From Felis catus (Eukaryota): a stretch of 64,000 nt of DNA. The stretch lies in contig NC_058368.1 in assembly GCF_018350175.1 (NCBI RefSeq), positions 78,432,001 through 78,496,000 on the forward strand. The letters are read 5' to 3'. The position numbers and the translations under genes were made by a program. Below the pieces are notes generated by a model. That model saw only the letters and a list, made by a program, of their open reading frames with translations. It had not been told where the DNA came from and made no database searches. Each line of letters begins with the position of its first letter. Position 1 is the stretch's first letter. Positions 63,218 through 64,000 of this stretch are shown here, piece by piece.

Positions 63218-63411
63218 GGGGAGCCTGGGTGACTCGGTTGGTTAAGCATCCAACTTTGGCTCAGGTCACGATCTTGTGGTTTGTGAGTTCGAGACCCACG
63301 TCAGTCTCTGTGCTGACAGCTCAGAGCCTAGGACCTCCTTCGGATTCTGTGTCTCTCTCTCTCTCTGACTCATGCTCTGTTTCTCTCTCAAAAATAAGTA
63401 AAGATTTTTTT
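63218..63411 (+). mobile_element. Can-SINE (older member of a tandem pair)
   Basis: Degenerate TSD AAGAAGAGATCAGGA / AAGACAGACATCAGGA. Confidence 0.93.
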
Positions 63412-64000
63412 AAAAGACAGACATCAGGATACAGACACACACAGAGGCAACACCATGTGAGCTCCTGGGGAGAAGGTGACGGGCTGCAAGTCAAGGAGAG
63501 AGACCTCAAAGGAACACCCTGATTTCAGACTTGGGTCCTCTAGTAACGTGAGAAAATCGGCTTCTGTTGTTCAGGCTGCCCTGAATAGGGCACTCTGTTA
63601 TAGCCTTGCAGACTAATACTGGCACTGCACCGAGGTCAGGTAACGAGGTCAATGTCAGCTTACTGAGCAGGCTAGGACCTGAATCTAAGCCCTCTGGCTC
63701 TACACAGGCCTCAGGCCACATATTTTGACACCTGGAAACAGATGTTTACTGAGTATGTTTGTTTGGCTTTTATTTTATGGTCTTGACTTTATGGAAACAG
63801 GTTCACCTTATATGTCTTTTCAAAAAGAGTTTATCAGGTTGGTTAGGGCCAAGCATAAAACCTTACCAACTGCTTTGTTCATAATGAAATGGATGAAGAT
63901 TTAAAATAAGCAGATTTTGTGGTGCTTCAGTTATTTTGAGGACATTAGAGGTAGGAGAAAAATCCACTGTATTTGTGTTTGATTGTTTTTGGAAAAATAT

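Larger units (their letters stand above)
62801..63619 (+). mobile_element. MaLR (MLT1A/B-like) solo LTR with two nested SINEs
   Basis: GTTATGAGCTAAATTG...ATTTGGAGA..AGCCTTTAAAGAGGTCATTAAG...AATCCAATCTGATTGGT...AAGGAGAGAGACCTCA...GACTAATAC. Confidence 0.85.

Overview
Mammalian nuclear DNA from a feliform carnivore, most likely a felid. About 34 copies of the tRNA-derived Can-SINE (SINEC_Fc type: GGGGCGCCTGGGTGGCTCAGTCGGTT...(CT)n...AATAAA/poly-A) are scattered across the window. I recognise no protein-coding exon, RNA gene or processed pseudogene. The supplied ORFs are either SINE, L1 or low-complexity artefacts, or short frames with no recognisable homology. The window looks like intergenic or deep-intronic DNA. 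It contains 5'-truncated L1s, L2/MIR relics, four solo LTRs (one with an intact 5-bp target-site duplication, TSD), hAT relics (MER20-, MER58-, MER45- and Charlie-like) and a 1-kb pogo/Tigger-type DNA transposon that retains a frameshifted CENP-B-type HTH coding remnant. Several repeat-poor blocks may be regulatory. I found no convincing novel biological system. The best leads are the Tigger-like element, a twin-primed (5'-inverted) L1, two SINEs inserted sequentially at one target site, an ETS/E-box/nuclear-receptor motif cluster near 5.6-6.05 kb, and a candidate 60-nt exon at 53802-53861. Repeat family names come from recalled consensus similarity, not a database search. Boundaries of old elements are approximate.
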